Below, in pieces: positions 9,588 to 19,667 of a DNA stretch of 64,000 nt; position 1 is the first letter of the stretch; every line of letters begins with the position of its first letter. The DNA is taken from NCBI GenBank assembly GCA_965208615.1, contig CBDBPB010000009.1:32001-96000 (forward strand), read 5' to 3'. The notes below the pieces were generated by a model, which saw nothing but the letters and a program-made list of their open reading frames with translations, did no database searches and was not told the origin of the DNA. The DNA is from Spirochaetota bacterium (GTDB taxonomy: Bacteria > Spirochaetota > UBA6919 > CBDBPB01). A program made the translations under genes and the position numbers.

Positions 9588-10535
9588 ATGAAAATAGGAA
9601 AACTTAATATTAAAAATCCAATAATATTGGCTCCGATGGCTGGTCTATCAGACCATCCCTTTAGAACTATATGCTATGATATGGGCTGTGAGCTGGCTTA
9701 TAGTGAAATGATAAGTTCTGAAGGACTCGTAAGAAAAGATAAAAAAACTCTAAGATATTTGTACAAAGAAAAATACCTTAATAAGCTTATATCCTTCCAA
9801 ATATTCGGCTCTAAACCAGATATTATGGCAGAATCGGCTGATATCTTGGTTAGTAAAGGTGCCGATATTGTAGACATCAATATGGGATGCCCTGTAAAAA
9901 AAGTCGTTAGGAATAATGCTGGTTCTGCACTCTTAGGAGATATTCCACTTATAAAAAAAATCGTTAGCTCCGTAAGAAAACGAATAAATATACCCCTTAC
10001 AGTCAAAATAAGATCGGGATGGCTAAATAATGTAAATGCCGTTGAAGTCGGACAAGCTCTAGAGGACTGTGGGGTAAACGCTATTATAGTACATCCAAGA
10101 ACGCAAAAACAAGGATTCTCAGGTAAAGCAGATTGGAACATTATTAAAGAAGTTAAAAAAAAAGTTAGCATTCCCGTAATAGGCAATGGAGACATTAAAT
10201 CCATAAACGACTACAAAAATATGACTAAACAAACTAATTGCGATGCTATAATGGTAGGTCGTGGGGCTATAGGTAATCCCTGGATATTCAGTCATAATAA
10301 TAGTCCATCACATAATGAGCTAGAAAGTGTAATTATAAGACATTATAATCTGGCAAAAAACTTTTATGGAGAAAAATATTGCATTAAACTAATGAGAAAA
10401 TATATTTCACAATATACTAAAGGCCTGTATAAAGCAGGTATCCTTAGAAGGGAGCTAAATGAAATAGATATTTTTGACGATACTATTTTAAGGATAAACA
10501 AATATTTTTCTTTTTTGAAATTCAATTATCAATAA
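9588..10535 (+). CDS. dusB: tRNA dihydrouridine synthase
   Basis: LAPMAG, DINMGCPVKKV, TVKIRSGW, HPRT, IGNGDI, GRGAIGNPW. Confidence 0.93.
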   Translation: MKIGKLNIKNPIILAPMAGLSDHPFRTICYDMGCELAYSEMISSEGLVRKDKKTLRYLYKEKYLNKLISFQIFGSKPDIMAESADILVSKGADIVDINMGCPVKKVVRNNAGSALLGDIPLIKKIVSSVRKRINIPLTVKIRSGWLNNVNAVEVGQALEDCGVNAIIVHPRTQKQGFSGKADWNIIKEVKKKVSIPVIGNGDIKSINDYKNMTKQTNCDAIMVGRGAIGNPWIFSHNNSPSHNELESVIIRHYNLAKNFYGEKYCIKLMRKYISQYTKGLYKAGILRRELNEIDIFDDTILRINKYFSFLKFNYQ

Positions 10536-10675
10536 ATACAGTTAGATGTACGAGGCTAAATGTTAAGTTAAACGTATTTTTTTGTAAACCATCGACTAAA
10601 AAAACTTGACTTTTTAAAAGTACTAATCTAATTTTGTTATTATTGATTAATAATATTAAATATGGAGGATCATCT

Positions 10676-11242
10676 ATGAGTGTTAATGTTGATGAAAACA
10701 TAAAAGAGCTAATCAAGCAAGAAGTTGCTTCCCAAATGGAAGAAATTAAAGCTAAACTGCCAGAAGATAAAGTTGCCATAGTAGCGTTTTCTGGAGACTT
10801 TGATAAAGCAATAGCGGCTTTAATATTAGCTACTGGTGCGGCCGCTATGGGTATGAAGGTTACTGTATTTTTTACCTTTTGGGGCTTTAGTATAATAAAA
10901 ACCGGAAAGAATGCATTTAACGGTAATAAAAACTTTATGCAAAAAATGGTTAATTTAATGATCCCCGGGTCAACTAAAGGATTAACCCCATCCAAAATGA
11001 CTTTTGGTGCTTTTGGTGCTGTTACCGCATCTTTGTTTAGATCAATGATGAAGGGTAAAATGAACTCGGTAGAAGAATTACTTGAAATGGCTAAAGAACT
11101 CGAAGTTGAAATGATTGCTTGTAGCGCATCTATGGAAGTTATGGGAATCGCTCATGAAGACCTAATAGATGGTGTAGAACTAGGGGGAGTTGCTAAGCTT
11201 TATGAAGTCGCTTTAAACTCTAGATCAACCTTTTTTATATAA
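10676..11242 (+). CDS. DsrE2-type (DsrE/DsrF/DrsH-like) protein
   Basis: AFSGDFDKAIAALILATGAAAMG..FFTFWG, ACSASMEVMG; ATG 10676 follows GGAGG. Confidence 0.87.
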   Translation: MSVNVDENIKELIKQEVASQMEEIKAKLPEDKVAIVAFSGDFDKAIAALILATGAAAMGMKVTVFFTFWGFSIIKTGKNAFNGNKNFMQKMVNLMIPGSTKGLTPSKMTFGAFGAVTASLFRSMMKGKMNSVEELLEMAKELEVEMIACSASMEVMGIAHEDLIDGVELGGVAKLYEVALNSRSTFFI

Positions 11243-11385
11243 TGCTATTGCTCTAACGTTTATAAACAGTATATAGTTAATAGTTTTTTTTCATTGCTTT
11301 TGACAAAAGACAATTTTAATCTTTATTTATTACTAGTATAAAGGTATAACTCTATATATTATAAAAAGATATAGAAAATACTGTT

Positions 11386-11814
11386 ATGAAAAAAAAGATT
11401 GTTTTTATTATCATAATTATTTTATGCTCTAAAGTTGTGGCTGAAGAAAAACAAACGGAATTAAAAAATATTGTTGGTAAGTGGAATATTACTAAAATCA
11501 AAAAGATTAGTAAGTTATATAAGGAGTCCGTTAGCGTTGGAAGATATTACTTCTTCGAAAATGGAAAGTATTTTTTTTATCATAAAAAAAATACTAAACC
11601 AAAAATAAAAGGAAAATGGACCCTTATATCTAATCAATATATAAAAATGGTTTACTGGCAAAATAAAACTCCAAACTCCATAATCTATGGTATCTCTTTT
11701 CCCTCCAAGGATAAAATCATATTAACTAACGAGAAGTCAAAAGAAATCCTAATTAGACTAAAAAATGTACCAAAAACTATTAAAAAATATGTATTCCCTC
11801 AAAAAGCTAAATAA
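11386..11814 (+). CDS. Secreted lipocalin-like hypothetical protein
   Basis: Signal peptide; IVGKW and GKW beta-barrel motifs. Confidence 0.5.
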   Translation: MKKKIVFIIIIILCSKVVAEEKQTELKNIVGKWNITKIKKISKLYKESVSVGRYYFFENGKYFFYHKKNTKPKIKGKWTLISNQYIKMVYWQNKTPNSIIYGISFPSKDKIILTNEKSKEILIRLKNVPKTIKKYVFPQKAK

Positions 11815-11897
11815 TCCATAAGGAGCTGTCTAACTATAGCATACAAGTAAAACTACTATTGTATTCCTTTATTTATGGTATATTTATCCAAACTTTT

Positions 11898-11920
11898 AAA
11901 ATGATAAAATTTGTCATTTT
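11898..11920. repeat. Dispersed palindrome, copy 1 (AAAATGATAAA-A-TTTGTCATTTT)
   Basis: 11-bp arms with one mismatch; near-identical copy at 50299-50321. Confidence 0.7.
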
Positions 11921-11971
11921 GAAATTCGTCCTTATATTTTAAGCGATTAGCTTTTTAAAAGTAGGATTATA

Positions 11972-13255
11972 ATGTTCAGGCATAAAAAAATAATAATAGC
12001 CTTATTCTTTATAATCGGCTCAATTATTAGCTATAGCAATTATAGAAAGCATAAAATAACCTCAAAGACTGCATATAGCGTTTTTGGAAAATGGATACGC
12101 AGTCAAAAAGTCTTCGAAGATATAAACTTCTCTCTATGGACAGGCCTAGTCAACGATCAATATATTAAACATTTTAGAAATACTATTCCAAAAGATATTT
12201 ACAAACAATTGGAGTTTACTCATTTTCCCTTTAGCACTCCCCATGGCAACCTTAGAGAAAATAAAGAAAAAATATTTATAAAAAAAATAAGCACCCTAAT
12301 CGAAGAACTTAATAAAAACTTTCCCGAATTTGTAAAAACCCTTATCAATAGTAGCTTCGTAAATAGTACCGCCTATAACAAATACAAAAATCTAACTAAC
12401 TCTAAAATTAGGGAAAAATATAAAATATTCCTAAAAGCCCTATTCTACCACAAAAATGAACAGATCCAAAAAAAAGCTTTGTTTACTCTTGCAAATAAAC
12501 TATTTGAACATGCCTATAATCCCAAAACCTCTACTAGCTTTATAAAACTCGCCTCTAATAAAAAATATAGACCTATAATACACCTCTTCCACGAGGGAAT
12601 ATGGTATAACCTCTCAAGAACAGGTTGGAAGACATGGCATGAAAATACCATCAAAAACCTTAATAAATTAAATAAAAATGAAATAGTCTATGTTGCTGGT
12701 GGAACAGATATTTATCAGCTAATCAATAATGGAATATATAATATTAGAATTATCGATCCTATGCTACCCTCTCAAAGTATATACTACTCAGAAGGATGGG
12801 AATACCTAATAAGGGGCAGTATTGGGGATAGAATTACATTTAATAACAAAAATAAGATTATTATGACTAGAAGCTCGTTTAAGAAAATTGGCAAACCTAT
12901 TAATATTAAACTGTCTTCCAAAAAGAACTTCAACCTAACTAAAAGTATAACTATATGGAATATTAAAAATAAAAATGGACATAAACTAGGAAGGTTTATC
13001 TTAGAACGTAGACTAGTAAAACAAAAAGACTTTAATCCTAATGATAAACAAACTTTTTTAATGTCCTTTAATGAACTAAATTTTATAACCACACTAGAAA
13101 AAAATAATTGGGGTATAAAACCAAAACTATTTTCACCCTCTATAAAAATATATGTGAAACAACTTCGTAATCCAATTACTTATGAGATGCTTAACAATAT
13201 CCAAGCTCTACAAAGAGTTTATAAACCTTTTATCTTTGGATCAGCCATAAATTAA
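11972..13255 (+). CDS. Hypothetical membrane-anchored or exported protein
   Basis: 427-aa ORF with N-terminal hydrophobic segment; family not recognised. Confidence 0.7.
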   Translation: MFRHKKIIIALFFIIGSIISYSNYRKHKITSKTAYSVFGKWIRSQKVFEDINFSLWTGLVNDQYIKHFRNTIPKDIYKQLEFTHFPFSTPHGNLRENKEKIFIKKISTLIEELNKNFPEFVKTLINSSFVNSTAYNKYKNLTNSKIREKYKIFLKALFYHKNEQIQKKALFTLANKLFEHAYNPKTSTSFIKLASNKKYRPIIHLFHEGIWYNLSRTGWKTWHENTIKNLNKLNKNEIVYVAGGTDIYQLINNGIYNIRIIDPMLPSQSIYYSEGWEYLIRGSIGDRITFNNKNKIIMTRSSFKKIGKPINIKLSSKKNFNLTKSITIWNIKNKNGHKLGRFILERRLVKQKDFNPNDKQTFLMSFNELNFITTLEKNNWGIKPKLFSPSIKIYVKQLRNPITYEMLNNIQALQRVYKPFIFGSAIN

Positions 13256-14179
13256 TCATCTGTTCTCGTTAAGCTCTTTTAATAACTCATTAATGTCAAC
13301 ATTATGGATCCTCGCAGACTGATCTATAGTCTCAGTACTCTGACCAGGACAAGTAAAACAACCCATACCGTAATACTTCATAAAAACAGGCTTTGTATTA
13401 GGATATTTATCCAATACATCCCCAATTATATTACTTTTTATGATCTCTTGTTTGCTATCCACAGTCTTACTGCTTTTAATATCATGGTCTAAACTATTAA
13501 TATGCTCTTCCAACTTGGATATTACTAAATCAATATCCCCCCCATGATTTGTTACAGCACTTTTTAGATCTATTCCACGTTCTTTTACGAGCTTAACATG
13601 TTCTGTACTTGCTAATGCCCTTAGTCCACCATAGTTTATAAGAATATCAATAGTTGTTGGATGCTTTTCTATAATGTCTATTACCTTTGTATTAGGGCTA
13701 ATTATACCTTCATCAATAGGTTTTACGTCAGATACAGGCTTTGAGCTTTTTATTGTGCTATCTTCCTTATCCGATTTTCTTAAGGTAATAGTTAAAAACA
13801 TATTAATACAAAACATCAAAACCGCTACTGAAGAAGTAAAAGCTCCCAATATAAATATCTCTCCACCAAATTGATAAGTCATTTTACTATAATGCCCCCC
13901 AGCCATTAGTACAACTCCCACATTAGTCAACCAATAGTGTGGTGCTATCCAGCCAGGAAAGTATATATTTGTTGAGTTAAATCTTGGAATTATAAAATAA
14001 CCAATTCCAGCCACAATCATAGTCATAAACCCAAGTAAATTAAAATGACTATGAAAAAATGATGGAATAAAACTATCAATGCCATTTATTATATATAGCC
14101 CTTTAATAAATCCAATTATAACTCCAATAGCTAAATATATTAGCGAAGTTTGTATAAATAAACGCGGGTACTTATCCAT
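13256..14179 (-). CDS. Membrane protein (heme-copper oxidase subunit I/NnrS-like segment) fused to two DUF1858-like domains
   Basis: About 4 TM helices with HSHFNLLGFM; C-terminal IGDVLDKYP..GMGCFTCPG..ETIDQSARIHNVD. Confidence 0.68.
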   Translation of the reverse strand: MDKYPRLFIQTSLIYLAIGVIIGFIKGLYIINGIDSFIPSFFHSHFNLLGFMTMIVAGIGYFIIPRFNSTNIYFPGWIAPHYWLTNVGVVLMAGGHYSKMTYQFGGEIFILGAFTSSVAVLMFCINMFLTITLRKSDKEDSTIKSSKPVSDVKPIDEGIISPNTKVIDIIEKHPTTIDILINYGGLRALASTEHVKLVKERGIDLKSAVTNHGGDIDLVISKLEEHINSLDHDIKSSKTVDSKQEIIKSNIIGDVLDKYPNTKPVFMKYYGMGCFTCPGQSTETIDQSARIHNVDINELLKELNENR

Positions 14180-14206
14180 TTTGGTCTCCAGCTTAAATAT
14201 TATATA

Positions 14207-14223
14207 TTGACGTTATCTGTCAA
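14207..14223. promoter_or_regulatory. Candidate operator TTGAC-N7-GTCAA
   Basis: Dyad about 28 nt upstream of the 14179 start; 16-nt exact match at 18370-18385. Confidence 0.45.
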
Positions 14224-14509
14224 CTTAAGGTAACTAATATTCTATAACGCTCTTACAAAAATCCAATAGTATGGTTGGTAACATATAATTTGTTATAGCA
14301 ATGTTAATTGTATATATAGTGTTAGGTTAAATCTAACACCTTGCTATTTATAATAAAAGTTATTATTTTTTTTAATAGCATTCTTTAATAAAAAGTTTTT
14401 CAATGTAAATATAATAATTCAAAACGATAAACCTTATAAAATATTTAATTTAGCTTAAATAGCCTGGCTTATTAAAGTGTCACTTTATAACAAAGGAGAT
14501 AAATAAATA

Positions 14510-14734
14510 ATGGGAAGTCTTGTTGTAGATACAAAAGGTTGGAAATGCCCAAGACCAACTTTAGAAATGACTATAAAAATCCAACAACTAAAAAAAGGAG
14601 ACATTTTAGAGGTAATTGCAGATTGTCCTACCTTTGAAAATGATGTAAAAAGCTGGTGCCAAAGAATGAAAAAATCCCTCTTATGGATTAAAAATGAAAA
14701 TAACGGAGTAATCCGCTGTCAAGTAAAGGTTTAA
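14510..14734 (+). CDS. tusA: Second TusA family sulfurtransferase
   Basis: VDTKGWKCPRP, GDILEVIAD; SD AAGGAG. Confidence 0.9.
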   Translation: MGSLVVDTKGWKCPRPTLEMTIKIQQLKKGDILEVIADCPTFENDVKSWCQRMKKSLLWIKNENNGVIRCQVKV

Positions 14735-14753
14735 GCTTATCCAATTAATGGTT

Positions 14754-15698
14754 TTAAGTTAATTCCTCATATACTTTCCAGTGATTTCCATTTAAAAAAG
14801 AAATAAAGTCTAATTCCTTTTTTCCTTCTAACTGTAAACTAAGTATACTAATCATCCCCCCCCTACACTGAACATATAAACCATGTTTATCGGCCTTTAT
14901 TATTGTTCCAGGCTTTTTATCAGATGATTTATCAACTATTGCTAATTTATGTATGATTATTTTTTTACCTTTATAGTAAGTAATGCTCTTAGGCCACTTT
15001 ATATACGCTCTAACCTTGTTTAAAATAGTTTTAGCCTCATCGTTCCAATTGATTATCCCATCCACTTTAGTTATCTTCTTGCAAAAGCTAACCTCATTAT
15101 GGTCTTGGGGAACCCTAATTATACGATTATCAATAAATAAACTCAAAACATCCTTTATACATTCAGCAGATATAAGACTAAGACGCTCACTAAGAGAATA
15201 ATAATCATCCTCGTCATAAATAGGAGTTTCAATCTTATGAATAATATCCCCGGCATCAAGCTGTTGAACCATTATCTGTGCAGTAATACCAGTACTTTTA
15301 TCTCCATTTAGTATAGCATAGTGTATTGGAGATGCACCCCTATATTTAGGTAGTATAGATCCGTGAAGATTTACAGAAGCAAGTTTAGCAATACTAAGAA
15401 TATTATTGGGTAAAATAAACCCGTATGCATTTACCACTATAAGATCCGGCTCAAGAAGCTTTATTTGATTTTCTACCCCATGATTACCCTTAAAAGTATT
15501 AGGCTGAAAAACTGGAATATCATGTTTTAGTGCAAAGCTCTTAGGACCAGTAATATTCAATTTTTTACCGCGTCCAGATAGCTTATCTGCTCCTGTAAAG
15601 ATTCCCAAGAGTTCACTATTTTCATATAATGCCTTAATAGTATGCATTACATAATTTGGAGTTCCCATAAAAATAGTTTTTAACTTCATACTATACAA
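14754..15698 (-). CDS. fmt: Methionyl-tRNA formyltransferase
   Basis: IFMGTP, NLHGSILPKYRGASPI, LDAGDI. Confidence 0.95.
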   Translation of the reverse strand: MYSMKLKTIFMGTPNYVMHTIKALYENSELLGIFTGADKLSGRGKKLNITGPKSFALKHDIPVFQPNTFKGNHGVENQIKLLEPDLIVVNAYGFILPNNILSIAKLASVNLHGSILPKYRGASPIHYAILNGDKSTGITAQIMVQQLDAGDIIHKIETPIYDEDDYYSLSERLSLISAECIKDVLSLFIDNRIIRVPQDHNEVSFCKKITKVDGIINWNDEAKTILNKVRAYIKWPKSITYYKGKKIIIHKLAIVDKSSDKKPGTIIKADKHGLYVQCRGGMISILSLQLEGKKELDFISFLNGNHWKVYEELT

Positions 15699-16203
15699 TG
15701 GCGGTACTATACTTTCTTTTAATCTTCTTAAGTTCTTTTTTTAGTCTCTTTTTGTCAACATCACTAATCCTATCAACAAATAGTATTCCATTTAGATGAT
15801 CAACTTCATGCTGTATCGCTCTAGCTAAAAGTTCATCAGCCTTAAAAGAAATATCCTTGCCATAAGGAGTTTTAGCACTTACATGCACACTATAAGCCCT
15901 CTTTACATCCGCAGATATACCCGGAATAGATAAACAACCTTCCTCAGCTATACTAGTCTCATCAGAATAGTCTGTTATAACAGGATTAACGAGATCATAT
16001 CGCTTTAGCTTATTATTTTCTTCTACCTCTATAACTACCACCCTAACCAGCTTATCTATTTGTGAAGCGGCTAATCCAATACCATTTGCCCTAACCATAA
16101 TATCATACATCTGATTAATAAGGCTTATTAAATCATCATTAAAGTCGGTAACGTCTTTAGCTACTTCTTTTAATCTTAAATTTCCGTATTTTAAAATATC
16201 CAT
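15691..16203 (-). CDS. def: Peptide deformylase
   Basis: GIGLAA, EEGCLS, QHEVDHLNG. Confidence 0.97.
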   Translation of the reverse strand: MDILKYGNLRLKEVAKDVTDFNDDLISLINQMYDIMVRANGIGLAASQIDKLVRVVVIEVEENNKLKRYDLVNPVITDYSDETSIAEEGCLSIPGISADVKRAYSVHVSAKTPYGKDISFKADELLARAIQHEVDHLNGILFVDRISDVDKKRLKKELKKIKRKYSTAIV

Positions 16204-16270
16204 TAATAACCTCTATGTTGGTGTATACTTTATTATCGACATTTAAATACAAGTTTATTGTTTAAAATTA

Positions 16271-18277
16271 TCACATCATAGACAAAGGGTCAATATCTAT
16301 TTCCAAATAAATAGAACTTATCTGCTTGAAAAACTCATTAGCCTTTTTAGAAATATATTGCATATCATTAATTCTATTGCCTTTTAGTATTATCTGCCAG
16401 CGATAATTATTATGAAGCTTACTAAGGGGAGCTGGTGCAGGACCCAATAACTCTATACCTTTTTTTACTATAGAGTTTAGATATTTTAAAAGTTCGTTAG
16501 ATTTATTAATAACGGTTTCTTCATTTTTTCCTCTAATTAACAGCTTTACCAGCCTCGAAAAAGGTGGATATAAAAACTTCTTTCTCTCTGCTATCTCACA
16601 TTTATAAAACTCTTCATAATCCTGCTTCACTGCCAACTTTATAACATAATTATCAGGTAAATAGGTTTGTATAACTGTTTCACCCTGAATCCTACCCCTA
16701 CCTGCTCTACCGCTTATTTGCGTTAATAAAGAAAAAGTTTTTTCTGAAGCTCTAAAATCAGGTAAATTTAAACTGAGGTCTGCCATTATAACCCCAACCA
16801 GAGTCACATTAGGAAAATGGAGTCCTTTAGCAATCATCTGTGTTCCTATTAGTATATCCACTTTCTTTTTTCTAAACTGCTCAAGTAACTTTTCAGATGA
16901 ACCCTTACAACGAGTTGTATCCAAATCCATACGAGCTATATTTGCATTAACAAATATCTCTTTAAGAAGTTCTTCTACTCGTTCTGTACCGTAGCTTATT
17001 AGCGATATTTCTTTTTTATTACAGCTTATACAAGTTTTATACAAACCGGTTGAATAACCGCAATAATGGCATAACATTTGCCTTTTTGACTGGTGATAAG
17101 TTAGAGATATATCGCAACTTGGACACTTAAACGTATAACCGCATGACTTACATATCAAAAAAGGAGAATAGCCTCTTCTGTTTAGGAAAATCATAACCTG
17201 TTCTTTTTTTTCTAATCGTAAGGCTATCTTTTCAATTAGCGATTTACTAATAATAGATGACTCATTACGCATATCAATTAGAGTCACTTTTTGCTTTTGA
17301 TAAACAGAATGCTTTTTTTTAAGATATAGTAACTTAAGTCTATTTTGCCTGCTATGATAAAAACTCTCTATAGAAGGAGTAGCACTACCTAAAACTACTG
17401 GTATTCCTAAGGTTTTACCTATTTTAAATGCAATCTGTCTAACGTGATATCTTGGGGTATCACCAGATTTATAAGTATATTCATGTTCCTCATCGATTAT
17501 TATAATCCCAAGGCGTTCTATGGGCAAAAATATAGAACTCCTTGCACCAAGAATAATATCAACAGTCCCATTATTAATCTGCATCCAGTTGTAATATCGC
17601 TCTTTTTTGTTTAACTTTGAGTGTAGTATTGCAATTCTATCTCTAAACACCTCCTGAAAACGCTTTATTGTTTGAGGGGTTAAAGCTATTTCTGGAACAA
17701 GTATAAGAGCTTGTTTATTTTTATTAACTACTTCCTTAGCAAGATATTTATATACCTCTGTTTTTCCACTAGCCGTAGCACCAAATAGCAAATATGGATA
17801 GAATATATTTTCATTTATAGATTTTCTAACTAATTGAAAGGCGGTATTTTGTTCATCATTCAGAGTTAGAAGGTCTTTTTGCTTTATTTTCGATAAGCTA
17901 AAAGTTTTTTCTTTAACTTCTCTTGGAACAAACAAAGATAGAGCTTCTCCCAAAGAACATAAATAATAGCTAGATACCCATTTTGCAAGGTTTATAGTAG
18001 ACAAGCCAAATATAGCGGAGTTATCACAAAGCTCAGATATTTCTTTCAAGGCGAATATCGGTTCATTACTATGAACCGATATTATATATCCCATTAAACG
18101 CCGTTTACCAAAAGGTACTATCACCCTTTGTCCAGCCATAACCCTGTCAATAAGCTCATCAGGAACCTTATAAGTAAAAGACTGATCCAACGGATTATTA
18201 AATACTACTTCTATAAAGAGTTTATATTGCTTTTTAACATCGATTTTTATTCTATCTAAAATTACGATTCCCTTCAT
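16271..18277 (-). CDS. priA: Primosomal protein N'
   Basis: GATASGKTEVY, DEEHE, four CxxC pairs, GRAGR. Confidence 0.96.
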   Translation of the reverse strand: MKGIVILDRIKIDVKKQYKLFIEVVFNNPLDQSFTYKVPDELIDRVMAGQRVIVPFGKRRLMGYIISVHSNEPIFALKEISELCDNSAIFGLSTINLAKWVSSYYLCSLGEALSLFVPREVKEKTFSLSKIKQKDLLTLNDEQNTAFQLVRKSINENIFYPYLLFGATASGKTEVYKYLAKEVVNKNKQALILVPEIALTPQTIKRFQEVFRDRIAILHSKLNKKERYYNWMQINNGTVDIILGARSSIFLPIERLGIIIIDEEHEYTYKSGDTPRYHVRQIAFKIGKTLGIPVVLGSATPSIESFYHSRQNRLKLLYLKKKHSVYQKQKVTLIDMRNESSIISKSLIEKIALRLEKKEQVMIFLNRRGYSPFLICKSCGYTFKCPSCDISLTYHQSKRQMLCHYCGYSTGLYKTCISCNKKEISLISYGTERVEELLKEIFVNANIARMDLDTTRCKGSSEKLLEQFRKKKVDILIGTQMIAKGLHFPNVTLVGVIMADLSLNLPDFRASEKTFSLLTQISGRAGRGRIQGETVIQTYLPDNYVIKLAVKQDYEEFYKCEIAERKKFLYPPFSRLVKLLIRGKNEETVINKSNELLKYLNSIVKKGIELLGPAPAPLSKLHNNYRWQIILKGNRINDMQYISKKANEFFKQISSIYLEIDIDPLSMM

Positions 18278-18455
18278 TTACTATAATACTACCCTAATAT
18301 TATTTGTTATATATTATATACGGAGTATTTTAACATTTATCACAAGATTTTTACTTATTAGCAATTAGTTATTGACGTTATCTGTAAGATATTTGAATGT
18401 GTAAATTAAATATGATGTTCTATTAATAAGTTAACACTAATTAATATTTCTTATA

Positions 18456-19658
18456 TTATGGCTTATTAAGTCCTAAAGCTTTGTTAATCTGTCTAACAGC
18501 CTGTCTTATACGATCACTATTTTCCACTAAACTCATTCTTACATACCCCTCACCAGTTTCACCAAAAGCAATCCCAGGGGATACCAAAACTTCAGCCTCT
18601 TCCAAAAGCAACTTAGCAAACTCATAAGACCCCATTTTACAAAACTTATCGGGTATAGGAGACCAAATAAACATTGTAGCACTAGGACTATCTATATTCC
18701 ACCCGCCCTTATTAAGGCCATCAACTAAAATATCACGTCTAGACTGATAAATAGAAGATATATTACTAGAATGCTCTTTCTCACTGCGTAAAGCCATGAT
18801 AGAGGCCACTTGGATAGGTGTGAAAATACCATAATCATAATAACCCTTTATGGTAGCTAAATAATCTATAATCTGAGGATTACCAACACAAAATCCACAA
18901 CGCCAACCAGCCATATTAAATGACTTGCTCATACTAGTAAACTCAACAGATATATCCTTAGCACCTTTTGCCTGCATAAAGCTAGGAGCAGTATATCCAT
19001 CAAAGGTTATATCTGCATAGGCAAAGTCGTGGATAATAAAAATCTCTTTCTTTTTGGCATATTTAACAATCTCTTCAAAAAAATCAAGGTTAACTACTAC
19101 AGTAGTAGGGTTATGTGGAAAGTTAAGATACATTACCTTTGGTTTTGGCCATAAATTCTCAACCACATGAGCCATATCTTTAATAAATACATCCGAATCC
19201 TTAGAAAGAGGAATGGTAATAACATTAGCTCCAGCTAATACAACGCTCCACACGTGAATAGGAAAAGATGGAGATGGTATTAAAGCACTTTCTCCTGGTC
19301 CAAGGAGTGCAAGAGATAAATGAGAAATACCTTCCTTACTGCCAATAGTAGCTATAACCTCCTTAGACGGATCAAGATTAACCCCATATTGCCTTTTATA
19401 CCTATCACTAACCGCCCTAAGTAAATGAGGTATGCCTTTTGATGCAGAATAACGGTGAGTCTTAGGATCATCAATAACATCCTTTAGCTTATCAACAGCA
19501 ATATCAATAGTAGGCTGATCAGGATTACCCATTCCAAAATCTATTACATCCACGCCCTGTTGACGTTTTTTTAGCTTTAGTCTATTAAGTTCTCCAAATA
19601 AATATGGGGGTAAACGCTTAAGACGATTAGACGGTTCAATATCAAATCTTTTAACCAT
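18456..19658 (-). CDS. Class I/II PLP aminotransferase (AlaC / LL-DAP aminotransferase-like)
   Basis: DFGMGNPD, NFPHNPT, HDFAY, SMSKSFNMAGWR. Confidence 0.9.
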   Translation of the reverse strand: MVKRFDIEPSNRLKRLPPYLFGELNRLKLKKRQQGVDVIDFGMGNPDQPTIDIAVDKLKDVIDDPKTHRYSASKGIPHLLRAVSDRYKRQYGVNLDPSKEVIATIGSKEGISHLSLALLGPGESALIPSPSFPIHVWSVVLAGANVITIPLSKDSDVFIKDMAHVVENLWPKPKVMYLNFPHNPTTVVVNLDFFEEIVKYAKKKEIFIIHDFAYADITFDGYTAPSFMQAKGAKDISVEFTSMSKSFNMAGWRCGFCVGNPQIIDYLATIKGYYDYGIFTPIQVASIMALRSEKEHSSNISSIYQSRRDILVDGLNKGGWNIDSPSATMFIWSPIPDKFCKMGSYEFAKLLLEEAEVLVSPGIAFGETGEGYVRMSLVENSDRIRQAVRQINKALGLNKP

Positions 19659-19667
19659 AATATTATC

